From NCBI GenBank assembly GCA_963812135.1, contig CAWETU010000001.1, positions 352,001 to 416,000 on the forward strand: 64,000 nucleotides of DNA, read 5' to 3'. Of this stretch, positions 37,283 through 49,933 are shown piece after piece. This stretch comes from Vulcanimicrobiota bacterium (GTDB taxonomy: Bacteria > Vulcanimicrobiota > Vulcanimicrobiia > Eremiobacterales > Eremiobacteraceae). The notes under the pieces were generated by a model, which was given only the letters and a program-made list of their open reading frames with translations, was not told the origin of the DNA and did no database searches. Both the position numbers and the translations under genes were made by a program. The first letter of the stretch is position 1. Each line of letters begins with the position of its first letter.

Positions 37283-37780
37283 GTGGACTTCTCTACCTTC
37301 ACGGATCCGATCTTCATCGCGAAAGTCATCGACTTCGCGCTGTTGGTCGGTGTGATCGCGTTCCTGTATCAACGCGTCGGCAGGGTTGGCTCGCCGCGCA
37401 GCAAGAGGCGCAGAACAAGGCCGTTGAAGACGCTGTCGCGGAGCGCGTCGCGGCTGAGAAGGCCGTCGCAGACAGCGACCCAAGCAATCGTGCAGGCGAA
37501 GATCGATGCGGCGCGCATGCTCGAGACCGGCAAAGCGCAGGCTGCGCGTCTGATCGTCGAGGAGCGCAACGCGGCCTTGGATCACGCGCAGCGCATCTTG
37601 GCCCACGCCAACGGCGAGCTCGAACGCGAACGCTATCGCGTGCGCATCGAGCTGCTCGAGGACACCGTGGAGCGCGCGACGTCTCACGCGCGCGACATCA
37701 TCAAGCGCGACGTCACGCCCGCGAAGCAGCACGAGCTGGTCGAAGGCCTGCTGGGCGGTCTCGAGGCGCGGCGTGCTTAA
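37283..37780 (+). CDS. atpF: F0 subunit b (second copy), with a compensated frameshift pair near 37382 and 37474
   Basis: N-terminal TM helix. The alternate frame over 37382-37474 reads GWLAAQQEAQNKAVEDAVAERVAAEKAVAD (coiled coil). Confidence 0.8.
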   Translation: MDFSTFTDPIFIAKVIDFALLVGVIAFLYQRVGRVGSPRSKRRRTRPLKTLSRSASRLRRPSQTATQAIVQAKIDAARMLETGKAQAARLIVEERNAALDHAQRILAHANGELERERYRVRIELLEDTVERATSHARDIIKRDVTPAKQHELVEGLLGGLEARRA

Positions 37781-38357
37781 GGAGACGATCGCGCGCCGCT
37801 ACTCCGCCGCGCTCTTCGCGCTCGCAACTGAAGACAAGTCGCAGCGCAAGACCGTCGAGGAGCTCGACGCGTTCGTCCATGCGCTCGAGGAAGACCCGGA
37901 TCTCGCGCGCTTCTACGAATCGCCCGTCATCGACCGCGGCGCCAAACAGCAGATGTTGGTGGCCGCGCTCGCGGGCGCGAGCGAGCTCGTCACCAACTTC
38001 ATCATTTTGCTCGTGCGCAAGCGCCGCGAAAACCTTATCCGCATCGTCGCGCGCCAGATGCACGAGCTGCTCGACAATTTCACCGGCAGAGAACATGCGG
38101 TTATCGACACGCCGTCGCCGATGGGCGCGGAAGAGCTCGCCGAGCTCGCGCGCCGGCTCTCATCGGTCTACCAGCGGACCATCGTGCCCGAAGTGAAGGT
38201 CCAGCCGGCGCTGCTCGGCGGCATCACGGTGCAGGTCGGGGATCGCTATGTCGACGCCAGCGTCTCCGGAAAACTCGAAGAATTACGCCGCCACTTGCTC
38301 GCCAGCGCGGATGCGTGGCCCGCCACGTCAACCAACGGAAAGCGAACGGTCGAATGA
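37773..38357 (+). CDS. atpH: F1 subunit delta
   Basis: IARRYSAALF, LLGGITVQVGDRYVDASV. Confidence 0.93.
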   Translation: MLKETIARRYSAALFALATEDKSQRKTVEELDAFVHALEEDPDLARFYESPVIDRGAKQQMLVAALAGASELVTNFIILLVRKRRENLIRIVARQMHELLDNFTGREHAVIDTPSPMGAEELAELARRLSSVYQRTIVPEVKVQPALLGGITVQVGDRYVDASVSGKLEELRRHLLASADAWPATSTNGKRTVE

Positions 38358-38381
38358 ATTCGACCGCTACAGGGGATTGAA

Positions 38382-39893
38382 ATGATCAACGCCGACGAAA
38401 TCGCCGGAATACTCAAACAGCAGATCAAGAGCGCGCGCACCGAGGTGCACGAGGACGAGGTCGGCACCGTCATCGAGGTGGGCGACTCGATCGCGCGCAT
38501 CTATGGCCTGAGCGCGGCCGAAGCCGGTGAACTCGTGCAGTTCCCCAACGGCTTGTTCGGCATCGTGTTCAATCTGGAAGAAGACAACGTCGGCGTCGTC
38601 ATCATGGGTCCCGACAACGACATCAAAGAAGGCGACACGGTGCGCCGCACCAAGCGCATCGTCTCGGTCCCCGTCGGCGAAGGCGTCATCGGCCGCGTCG
38701 TCAATCCGCTCGGCCAGCCGCTCGACGACAAAGGCCCGGTCAACACGACACGCACGCGTCCGCTCGAGACGCAAGCGCCGAACGTCGTGCAGCGGCAGAG
38801 CGTGCACGAGCCGTTGCAGACCGGCATCAAGGCGATCGACGGCCTCATCCCGATCGGCAAGGGCCAGCGCGAGCTGATTATCGGCGACCGGCAAACGGGC
38901 AAGACAGCGATCGCGCTCGACGCGATCATCAACCAGAAGGGCAAAGACGTCATCTGCATCTATGTGGCGATCGGCCAGAAGACGTCGACCGTCGCGCAGA
39001 TCTACAAGATCCTCACCGACGCCGGCGCGATGGACTACACGACCATCGTCGCGGCGAACGCGGCTGACCCGGCGAGCCTCCGTTACATCGCGCCATACGC
39101 CGGCTGCGCCATGGGCCAAGAGCTGATGTACGCGGGCAAACACGTGTTGATCATCTACGACGATCTTTCCAAGCACGCGCAAGCGTATCGCGAGATCTCA
39201 CTCGTGCTGCGTCGGCCGCCCGGGCGCGAAGCATACCCCGGCGATATCTTCTACCTGCACTCGCGCCTGCTCGAGCGCGCCGCGAAGCTCTCGGACGAGC
39301 TCGGCGCCGGTTCCATGACCGCGTTGCCCGTCATCGAGACGCAGCAGGGCGACGTGTCGGCGTACATCCCGACGAATCTGATCTCCATCACGGATGGCCA
39401 GATCTACCTCGACACCAACCTGTTCTATCAAGGCATCCGGCCCGCGATCGACGTCGGCTTGTCGGTGTCGCGCGTCGGCGGCAACGCGCAGACCAAGGCG
39501 ATGAAAGCCGTTGCCGGCGCGCTGCGCCTCGAGCTCTCGCAGTACCGCGATCTCGCGGCGTTCTCGAAGCTCTCGTCAGATCTGGATAAGGCGACCCAAG
39601 CGCAGCTCTCGCGCGGCGAAAAAGTCACCGAGACGCTGAAGCAGCCGCAGTTCGAGCCGCTCGACCTCGATAAGCAGGTGATCCAGATCTACGTCGCCGT
39701 CAACGACTATCTGGCGGACATCCCGACCGACCGCGTGCGCGAATTCCAAAAGCAGTTCTACGAGTTCTTGCAGACGGCGCACCCGGATATCCCGAAATTC
39801 ATCACCGAGCGCAAGGAGCTCAACGACGACATCAAGGCGAAGCTCAACGCCGCGATCGTCGAATTCAAGCAGCGCTTCAAGGCGACCGCATAA
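38382..39893 (+). CDS. atpA: F1 subunit alpha
   Basis: [28 protein letters not shown]. Confidence 0.98.
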   Translation: MINADEIAGILKQQIKSARTEVHEDEVGTVIEVGDSIARIYGLSAAEAGELVQFPNGLFGIVFNLEEDNVGVVIMGPDNDIKEGDTVRRTKRIVSVPVGEGVIGRVVNPLGQPLDDKGPVNTTRTRPLETQAPNVVQRQSVHEPLQTGIKAIDGLIPIGKGQRELIIGDRQTGKTAIALDAIINQKGKDVICIYVAIGQKTSTVAQIYKILTDAGAMDYTTIVAANAADPASLRYIAPYAGCAMGQELMYAGKHVLIIYDDLSKHAQAYREISLVLRRPPGREAYPGDIFYLHSRLLERAAKLSDELGAGSMTALPVIETQQGDVSAYIPTNLISITDGQIYLDTNLFYQGIRPAIDVGLSVSRVGGNAQTKAMKAVAGALRLELSQYRDLAAFSKLSSDLDKATQAQLSRGEKVTETLKQPQFEPLDLDKQVIQIYVAVNDYLADIPTDRVREFQKQFYEFLQTAHPDIPKFITERKELNDDIKAKLNAAIVEFKQRFKATA

Positions 39894-39896
39894 CGC

Positions 39897-40796
39897 ATGC
39901 CCACGCTCCGTCAACTGCGCGATCGCGTCAAGTCGCTCAAGAACACCCAGCAGATCACGCGCGCCATGAAGATGGTGGCGGGCGCGAAGATCCGCCGGGC
40001 GGAGCTCGAGATGCGCGCCGCGCGCCCGTACGCGGCGGCGATCGGCGAGATGCTGACGCAGTTGGCATCGTCAGGCGGTAGCAGCCTCAGCCATCCGCTG
40101 TTGGAATCGCGCGCGGTGAAGACGCGCGGCATCTTGCTGATGACCGCCGACAAAGGACTGGCGGGCGCGTTCAACTCGAACCTGGTGCGCGAGGCGCTCG
40201 TGCAGGCGCGCCGGCAACCGCAGGCCGAGTTACCGGCTGAGCTGCCCTTCCCTTTGACGTCTCCAGTAAAACTGTTCCTCGTCGGGACGAAGGGGCGCAC
40301 GCAGCTGCGGCGGGCGCCGTATGAAACGGCGGTCTCGTGGCCGCTGCTCGGCAAGCCGTTCGCCGAACTCGCGAAAGAGGTCGCGGCCAATGTGTCCGAG
40401 GCGTTCACGTCCGGCGCCGTCGATTCAGTGACGCTGGTCTCGAGCCGTTTCGTCAGCACACTCGTGCAACGTCCGACGGCCATGCCGTTGCTGCCGATCG
40501 CGGCCGCCGGCGCGGCGCCGCGCGATGCGTCGAAGAACTCGTTCGAATTCGAGCCCGACGTCACATCGGTGCTGACCGCGCTGCTGCCGAAATATCTGGA
40601 ATTCACGATCTTCCAAGCCTTGCTCGAGACGCAGGCATCGGAGTTCGCGGCGCGCCTGATCGCCATGACCAACGCGACCGACAACGCGGGCAAGCTGATC
40701 GACGAGATCACGCTGCTCATGAACAAGACGCGTCAAGCGTCGATCACCAAAGAGATCCTCGAGATCGTCGGCGGCGCCGAAGCTTTGAAGGGATAA
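39897..40796 (+). CDS. atpG: F1 subunit gamma
   Basis: ITRAMKMVA, DKGLAGAFN, AMTNATDNA, RQASITKEILEIVGG. Confidence 0.97.
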   Translation: MPTLRQLRDRVKSLKNTQQITRAMKMVAGAKIRRAELEMRAARPYAAAIGEMLTQLASSGGSSLSHPLLESRAVKTRGILLMTADKGLAGAFNSNLVREALVQARRQPQAELPAELPFPLTSPVKLFLVGTKGRTQLRRAPYETAVSWPLLGKPFAELAKEVAANVSEAFTSGAVDSVTLVSSRFVSTLVQRPTAMPLLPIAAAGAAPRDASKNSFEFEPDVTSVLTALLPKYLEFTIFQALLETQASEFAARLIAMTNATDNAGKLIDEITLLMNKTRQASITKEILEIVGGAEALKG

Positions 40797-42224
<1,428 letters not shown>

Positions 42225-42230
42225 CGGATC

Positions 42231-42674
42231 GTGGCGACGACCACCCATCTCTCGATCGTGACGCCGTCGTCGACGAAATTCGACGGTCCGGCGGAGATCG
42301 TCGTCGCGCCGGGCGCCGCCGGCGATCTGGCGGCGCTGCCCAACCATGCGCCCATGCTGACGACGCTGCGCATCGGAGTCGTGAATGCGGGCGTCTACGA
42401 TAGTACGTCCGGTGAGACGGCCTCAGGTCCAGCCACCGCGCGCGTGGCGTTCGCCGTCGACGGTGGGTTCATGGAGGTCTTGCCGGACCGGGTCATCGTG
42501 CTGACGGACGCCGCCCTCTCAAAGGATGAGGTGGACGTCGAGGCGACGCGCGCCGAGCTCCAGCGGGCCGAGGAAGCGCTCGCGCAGAAGACAGCCGCTG
42601 ATGATTCCCGAGAACGTCGTGCTGTGGCATGGGCGCGTGCCAAGCTTGAGGTCGCCGGCCGCGCCATCGACTAG
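42231..42674 (+). CDS. atpC: F1 subunit epsilon
   Basis: IVTP, LPNHAPM, VDGGFMEV. Confidence 0.92.
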   Translation: MATTTHLSIVTPSSTKFDGPAEIVVAPGAAGDLAALPNHAPMLTTLRIGVVNAGVYDSTSGETASGPATARVAFAVDGGFMEVLPDRVIVLTDAALSKDEVDVEATRAELQRAEEALAQKTAADDSRERRAVAWARAKLEVAGRAID

Positions 42675-44033
42675 ATGATCGATTCGCTCGACGGCCTGTC
42701 CACACGGCTGGTCATCGACGGTGGCCGCCGGCTTGAGGGCGTGCTGCAGGCGCCCGGCGCCAAGAATGCGGCGCTGCCGATCATGGCCGCGTCGATACTC
42801 GCCGAGGGCGAGGTCGTGCTGCATCGCGTGCCGCGCATCACCGACGTCGACGTCATGACCGCGATCCTCGAGAGCCTTGGCGCGCGCGTGCGCGAGCAAT
42901 CCGGCGGCACGCTCATCATCGATACGTCGTCGGTGAATTCATTCGCAGCGCCGTACGCGCTCGTGAGCCGTCTCAACGCATCGTTCGACGTCACCGGCGC
43001 GCTGATCGCGCGTTTCGGTCGCGCCGAAGTGCCGCAACCCGGCGGCTGCGTCATCGGTCCGCGCGCGGTCGATCTCCATCTCAAGGGCTTCGAAGCGCTC
43101 GGCGTCGACATCAACCTCGAACACGGCGCGATCATCGCGAACGCGCAAGACGGGCTCGCCGGCGCGAACGTCACGTTGTCGAAGCGCTCGGTCGGCGCTA
43201 CCAAGAACATCATGCTCGCCGCGACCAAAGCGCGCGGCACCACCGTCATCGAGAACGCCGCACAGGAGCCGGAGGTCGTCGATCTCGCAGACTTCCTCAA
43301 CGCGCTCGGGGCGCGCATCCGCGGACAAGGCAGCCCGACGATCACCATCGACGGCGTGCGCAAGCTCCATGGCTGCGAGCACACGGTCATCCCAGATCGC
43401 ATCGTGGCCGGCACGTACCTCATCGCCGGCGCCATCACGGCCGGCGACGTCACGCTCGAGGGGCTGGACCCGACGATGGTCGAGGCGTTGAGCCTCAAGC
43501 TGCGCGCCACGGGCGCAACCGTCGACTCCCACGGCGTCAGCGTGCGCGTAAAGGGGATTCCTCTTTGGCAACCCGTCGACGTCGTGACGGCGCCATATCC
43601 GGGGTTCCCGACCGATATGCAAGCGCCGTTCGTCGCATATCTGAGTTTGGCAAAGGGAACGTCGCTCGTCGAAGAAACTATATTCGACGCGCGATTCGTC
43701 TACGTGAGCGAGCTCGCTCGCATGGGTGCGGACATCAAGGTCTCGGGTCGCAACGCAGTCGTCACCGGGGTCGACAAGCTCAAGGACGCGGTCGTCGAAG
43801 CGCCCGACATCAGAGCGGGCGGCGCACTTGTGCTGGCAGCCCTTGCGGCGCAAGGCACGTCGCAGATCGGCGGCTTGGAATTCGTGGATCGCGGCTACGA
43901 GTTCATCGAAGAGAAGCTGCGAGCGCTCGGCGCGTCGGCGATGCGCGTGAGCGGACTCGCGCCCGTGCTGCCGCGCGCGGACATCACCGTGACGGAGACG
44001 CTGCCCCGGGTAGTGACGCCGTTCGCACCATGA
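42675..44033 (+). CDS. murA: UDP-N-acetylglucosamine 1-carboxyvinyltransferase
   Basis: GAKNAALP, PGGCVIGPR (active-site Cys), SVGAT, PGFPTDMQ, DIRAG, DRGY. Confidence 0.96.
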   Translation: MIDSLDGLSTRLVIDGGRRLEGVLQAPGAKNAALPIMAASILAEGEVVLHRVPRITDVDVMTAILESLGARVREQSGGTLIIDTSSVNSFAAPYALVSRLNASFDVTGALIARFGRAEVPQPGGCVIGPRAVDLHLKGFEALGVDINLEHGAIIANAQDGLAGANVTLSKRSVGATKNIMLAATKARGTTVIENAAQEPEVVDLADFLNALGARIRGQGSPTITIDGVRKLHGCEHTVIPDRIVAGTYLIAGAITAGDVTLEGLDPTMVEALSLKLRATGATVDSHGVSVRVKGIPLWQPVDVVTAPYPGFPTDMQAPFVAYLSLAKGTSLVEETIFDARFVYVSELARMGADIKVSGRNAVVTGVDKLKDAVVEAPDIRAGGALVLAALAAQGTSQIGGLEFVDRGYEFIEEKLRALGASAMRVSGLAPVLPRADITVTETLPRVVTPFAP

Positions 44034-44065
44034 CGGTCGAGTGAGCTCGACCGCTACAGATATAA

Positions 44066-45052
<987 letters not shown>

Positions 45053-45082
45053 CGGCCGAATTCATTTGACGGTAGGGGGCGA

Positions 45083-45892
45083 ATGATGAAATTCTCTTTC
45101 GTGTCTCGCGCATTGATTATCGTGGGCGCGGCGCTCGCATTCGCCGCTGCGGCCGGCGCGCCGTCGTCTGCGGACTCATTGTCGAACATCCGCACTCGCG
45201 GCACGCTCAACATCGGCGTCAAGGCCGATGTGATCGGCTTCGCGTATCTCAACCCGAAGACGGAGCACTATGAGGGATACGAGATCGATATCGCCCACGA
45301 GCTCGCCAAGCGGCTGCTCGGCGATCCGAACAAGATCTCTTTCACCGCCGTGACGCCCGGCACGCGTGGCACGCTGCTCGACAGCGGCGATGTGGACATG
45401 CTCATCGCGACCTTCAGCGTGACGCCGGAACGCAAGATCGTGTTCAATTTCAGCCCGCCGTACTACACGGACGGCATCGGACTGCTCGTGCCCAAGATGT
45501 CAGGCGTGAAAGGTCTGTCGGATCTGAGCGGCAAGCCGATCGGCATCGCCAAAGACACCGACACCGCCAGCTCGCTCATGGCCAAGGCCGGCACGGACAC
45601 ATTGTTGACCTTTGCGGCGTTCGACACGTACGGTCAAGTGCTCTCGGCGCTCGAGAACGGCAAAGTGCAAGCGTTCTCGACGGATGCGTCGATCCTCAAG
45701 TCGTATGCGCAGCAAGATCCGCGCATGATCGTGCTGCCTGCGCGCTACAGCAGCGAGCCCTACGGCGTCGCGACGAAAAAAGGCGACGACGCGCTCGCGA
45801 AGTGGGTCGCGGATCAGATCACCGATATGGACAAGTCAGGCATGCTCGCCACGTGGCAGCGCACGTGGGGGATTTCTCAAAGCGCTCGCTAA
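45083..45892 (+). CDS. Amino-acid ABC transporter substrate-binding protein (GlnH/PEB1-like), orphan
   Basis: Signal peptide; GVKAD, EG.EIDIA, ATFSVTPERK, FS.PYY, EPYGVA. Confidence 0.88.
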   Translation: MMKFSFVSRALIIVGAALAFAAAAGAPSSADSLSNIRTRGTLNIGVKADVIGFAYLNPKTEHYEGYEIDIAHELAKRLLGDPNKISFTAVTPGTRGTLLDSGDVDMLIATFSVTPERKIVFNFSPPYYTDGIGLLVPKMSGVKGLSDLSGKPIGIAKDTDTASSLMAKAGTDTLLTFAAFDTYGQVLSALENGKVQAFSTDASILKSYAQQDPRMIVLPARYSSEPYGVATKKGDDALAKWVADQITDMDKSGMLATWQRTWGISQSAR

Positions 45893-45918
45893 GAGCGGGC
45901 GCCCTCGTGGCGTGAGTC

Positions 45919-46113
45919 TTAGGCGGCGGAGCGCAGCCGGCGCACGATGCTCGCGCCCGCGCGCATGACGCGCCGGCGGGCCCGCTCGACCCGGCTTGTG
46001 GCTTTGCGACGGAATTCGTGGCCGACGCCGATCGGCACGAGCGCCGAGTAGACCGCCGTCAGGACGACGCCGAGCCCGGCGTAGAATAGCAGGCCGCGAA
46101 AGCGGGACATCAT
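45919..46113 (-). CDS. Small hypothetical protein (64 aa; TM plus basic helix)
   Basis: MMSRFRGLLFYAGLGVVLTAVYSALVPIGVGHEFRRKATSRVERARRRV...; purine-rich GGAAAAGAG upstream; fills the intergenic gap. Confidence 0.55.
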   Translation of the reverse strand: MMSRFRGLLFYAGLGVVLTAVYSALVPIGVGHEFRRKATSRVERARRRVMRAGASIVRRLRSAA

Positions 46114-46170
46114 GGCAATCTCTTTTCCAAATGCGCGACGTCGCCCTCCGGCCGCAGAACCGTACCTGCG

Positions 46171-46785
46171 ATGCGGGTAGTACGTACGACGGGCGTTCCA
46201 GACGGCGCAACGCTGAGCGATGCGGCCGCCTGCATCGCCGGCGGCGGCACGCTGATATTCCCGACCGAAACCGTCTATGGGATCGGGTGCGCACCGGACG
46301 ACGGCGACGCGGTCGCCGCCATCTTTCGCGCCAAACGCAGACCCGCCGACAAGCCGCTGGCGATCCACTTCGCATGGCCTGAGCAGGCCGCGCAATTCGC
46401 GCGCGTGCTCACGCCGAGCGCTCGGCGCATCATCGAACGGTTGTGGCCCGGACCTGTGGCGATCGTCGTCGAGCGCGCGCCGGACACCGCGCGCGCGGCC
46501 GCGCTCGGCGGACCGACCATCTCGCTGCGTTGTCCGGACGACGCGGCATGCGCCGCGATCTTGCGCGCGACCGGCCCGCTCGCCGCCACATCGGCCAACA
46601 TCTCCGATCAACCGGCGTATGACGGCGAGCAAGCGGAGCTCGACGCGCTGCCGGACGCGACGCTTGCGATCATCACAGGGCCGACTCGTCTGCGGCAAGA
46701 AAGCACGGTGGTTGATTGCACCGGTGACATGCCGCGCATCCTGCGCCTCGGCGTCGTGGACGAGGCGACGATCGCATCCGCTTGA
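46171..46785 (+). CDS. tsaC: L-threonylcarbamoyladenylate synthase (TsaC/YrdC)
   Basis: FPTETVYG, K.RP..KPL, WPGP, ATSANIS, STVVD. Confidence 0.93.
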   Translation: MRVVRTTGVPDGATLSDAAACIAGGGTLIFPTETVYGIGCAPDDGDAVAAIFRAKRRPADKPLAIHFAWPEQAAQFARVLTPSARRIIERLWPGPVAIVVERAPDTARAAALGGPTISLRCPDDAACAAILRATGPLAATSANISDQPAYDGEQAELDALPDATLAIITGPTRLRQESTVVDCTGDMPRILRLGVVDEATIASA

Positions 46786-46798
46786 GTAGCACTGCGCC

Positions 46799-48644
46799 AT
46801 GAGAACCAGACGGCTCATCGCCGCGAGCCTCGCGCTGGCGGTCGCGTTGGGCGTGATGCCGCGCGCCGCGCGCGCCGATCTGCAGATCGGCCGTTTCTCC
46901 GTGCAGTTCCGCAACTCGAACTACAATCTGAAGACCGGCGATATCGTGCTCACGGGCGGCGTGAGCGGCAAAGGACCGGACGGCGACTTCCGCGCGGACC
47001 GCGCGTTCGGCAACCGCGAACGCCAAGAGATCACCCTTGTCGGCAACGTCGTCGCGCATCGCAAGACCGCGACCGCGCCGGTCGAGTTGCGCAGCGACAC
47101 GGCGACGATCGACGAGCGCAGCCGCACGTATATCGCCACAGGCAACGTCAGCGCCATCGTCGGTCCGCGAACGATGAGCGCCGACTCGATGCGCCTCGAC
47201 GATGCCGCGCACGTGTTCACCCTGAACGGTAACGTGCATATCACCGAGCCGCCCGGACGGTCGCTGACGACCGGCGAGTTGGTCTATCATGACGATACCG
47301 GCGACATACAGGTGCCCGGCCCGTTGAGCGGCACGATGGAGAACGGCGATTTTCGTGCCGACGGCGCTGCGGGCAACGTGAAGACTCGGCAGCGTCACGC
47401 TCACCGGCGGTGTGGTCGTGCATTCCGGCGCCGCGAACGGCCCGAGCAAAGAGCCAATCGCGTTGTACGCGGACGTGCTGCACTACGACGGGCAAGCCAA
47501 GACGATCACCGCGACGGGCGACGTGAAGGTCGAGCAAGGCACGCAGGTCGTCACCGCACCGGTGCTGCGCCTCGACAACGCGACCGGCGACCTCCATCTC
47601 AGCGGCGGCGTGCACGGCGAACAGCCGCCCGATCGCAGCTTCGACACCAAAGAGCTGACGTATAACGTCAATAGCGGCGCGATCACCGTGCCCGGCCCGA
47701 TCAAAGGCCGCGCGCGCGAGGGCGACTTCGCGGCGGACGTCGTGCACGGCAACATGAAACTGCGCGTGTACGACCTGCTCGGCCACGCCATCGTGCGCAC
47801 GTCAGGCAAGGGCGCCAAGACACAGGACCGCACGCCGACCGCGTTGTCCGCCGACCACATCCACATCGACGAACTTGCTAAACGTTACGTCGCCGACGGC
47901 AACGCGACAGTGGCGCAGGCCGACCGAACGGTGAGCGCGCCGCTGCTGACCTTCGACGACAAGATCCACGTCGTCAAGATGACCGGCGGCGTGCACGCCA
48001 CGGAACAGCCGGATCGCAGCGCGGACACGGCCGAGGTCATCTATCACACCGACACGGGCCAGGTCAGCGCCCCATCGCAGATCGCAGGCCGTTCAAGCAC
48101 CGACGCGTTTCGCGCCGATCGCGCGATCGGCAATACGAAGACCGACATCTACGATCTCGAAGGCAACGTCGTGATGCGCCGCCAGACGCCGCGCGATAAA
48201 GACCCGACGGTCTTGACCGCGCGCGACGTGCGGATCAACGGCAAGGCGAAGACGTACACGGCGACTGGTCAGCCCAAAATAGTGCAAGGCACGAGCACGA
48301 CGACCGCACAGATCATCACGTTCAACGACGCCACGAACACCGCGCACATGAGCGGCGGTGTGCACGCCGAACAGCCGGGCGGCCGGACATTCGACACGCC
48401 GGAGCTGACCTACAATACCAAGAGCGACGATTTCAAGATGCTCGGCGGCATCACCGCGATCTTCCCGTTGTCGAAGCCGACTCCGACACCCACGCCATTT
48501 CCGTCGCCGAACAGCAGCCTCTCGCCGCAAGTGCCGTCGCCGTTCTCAAACACTTCGACGCCCGCCCAGTACGCGACGCCGTCGCCGACGCCGCCTCCGA
48601 CCCCGACGCCAAGCCCCACGCCGTCGGCGTCACCGACGCATTAG
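46799..48644 (+). CDS. Secreted protein with four tandem LptA/OstA-like repeats and a Pro/Thr-rich tail (one apparent +1 indel near 47386)
   Basis: Signal peptide ending ARA-D. Removing one base joins GNVKT to GSVTLTGGVVVH, fusing ORFs 46799 and 47412 into about 614 aa. LptA-type motifs (ATGNV, L.GNV, TA..L.Y) recur. Confidence 0.75.
46982..48470 (+). repeat. Four ~121-127-aa protein repeats
   Basis: Units start GDFRADRAFGN (46982), GDFRADGAAGN (47345), GDFAADVVHGN (47721), DAFRADRAIGN (48102). Each ends G(G/N)VH....P..R(S/T)..T.E..Y. Confidence 0.85.
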
Positions 48645-49924
48645 GGTTCGAAGAATTTCCGGTCCTTGAGCTCGTCCGGCAGGTGCTGCTGGTCGATTTT
48701 CGCATCGGGAAAATCGTGCGCGTACTGGTAGTCCTTGCCGTAACCGAGCTGCTTCATGAGGCCGGTCGCCGCGTTGCGTAGATGCAGCGGCACCGGCAAC
48801 GTGCCCGTCTCTTCGATCGCTTGCTGGGCGGCGCCGTACGCGCGCAAGCCGGAGTTGCTCTTCTTCGCGAGCGCAAGATAGAGCGTCGCTTCGACGAGCG
48901 GGAACATCGCTTCAGGCATGCCGATGGCGTGCGTGGCGTAATGCGCCGCGGTCGCTATCGGCAGCGCTTGCGGGTCACCAAGACCGACGTCTTCGCCGGC
49001 GAGGATCACCAGACGCCGGGCGATGAACATCGGGTCCTCGCCCGCCTCGAGAATGCGCGCGAGCCAGTAGACTGCCGCGTCCGGATCGCTGCCGCGAACC
49101 GACTTGATGAACGCGGAGATCAGATCGTAGTGCTCGTCGCCGGCGCGATCGTATCGCAACGCCCGACGCTGCATCGCCTCTTCGACATCGCGTGGTCCGA
49201 TGACCGGTGCGCCAGGATCGCGATTCGACGCGATCTCAAAAGCGAGCTCCAACGCGTTGAGCGCCGAGCGCGCATCACCATCCGCAAGCGCGATGAGCTT
49301 CGAACGCGCGTCGGCGTCGAGCCGCGCCGCACCGGCGAGACCACGCTCGGGGTCGGCGAGCGCGCGGTCGATGATCGCGCCGATCTCCTCGGCTCCGAGC
49401 TGGCTGAGCACGAACACGCGGCTGCGTGAGAGCAGTGCGCTATTCACCTCGAACGACGGGTTCTCGGTGGTCGCGCCGATGAACGTGATGTCGCCGCGCT
49501 CGACGTTCGGCAGGATCGCGTCTTGCTGCGCCTTGTTGAAGCGATGGATCTCATCGATGAACACGATCGTGCCGCCGCGCGCGCGCACGCGGCGCGCATC
49601 GGCGACGATGCGGCGCAGATCGGCGACGCCGGCGCTGACCGCTGAGAGCGCGACGAAGCGTGCACCAACGGCTTTCGCGGCGAGGCGCGCGAGCGTCGTC
49701 TTGCCGCTGCCGGGCGGTCCCCACAGCACGAGCGACGGGATCTTGCGTTGCTCGATCGCGGTGCGCAACGCGGTGCGCGGTCCGATGATGCGTTGCTGGC
49801 CGACGAACTCGTCGAGCGTGCGCGGACGCATGCGCGCGGCCAAAGGCGCGCCCGCGGGCAATGGCTCGTCGCCGCTCTCGCTCGCCGTCGGCGTCGTTTC
49901 GAACAGACGCGGTTCGTCAGCCAT
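48641..49924 (-). CDS. rarA: Replication-associated recombination protein A
   Basis: PLAARMRP, WGPPGSGKTT, DEIHRFNKAQQD, GATTENP, SAFIKSVRGSD, VPLHLRNA. Confidence 0.96.
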   Translation of the reverse strand: MADEPRLFETTPTASESGDEPLPAGAPLAARMRPRTLDEFVGQQRIIGPRTALRTAIEQRKIPSLVLWGPPGSGKTTLARLAAKAVGARFVALSAVSAGVADLRRIVADARRVRARGGTIVFIDEIHRFNKAQQDAILPNVERGDITFIGATTENPSFEVNSALLSRSRVFVLSQLGAEEIGAIIDRALADPERGLAGAARLDADARSKLIALADGDARSALNALELAFEIASNRDPGAPVIGPRDVEEAMQRRALRYDRAGDEHYDLISAFIKSVRGSDPDAAVYWLARILEAGEDPMFIARRLVILAGEDVGLGDPQALPIATAAHYATHAIGMPEAMFPLVEATLYLALAKKSNSGLRAYGAAQQAIEETGTLPVPLHLRNAATGLMKQLGYGKDYQYAHDFPDAKIDQQHLPDELKDRKFFEP

Positions 49925-49933
49925 GCGTGCTGC

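Noticed and set aside
40218..40250. AELPAELP mini-duplication in ATP synthase gamma
   Set aside because: Short insertion in a variable loop with no cysteines; not the chloroplast redox insert.
48476..48641. CCGAC/CCGTC short repeats as a CRISPR or DNA repeat
   Set aside because: They simply encode the Pro/Thr/Ser tail, with no spacer structure.
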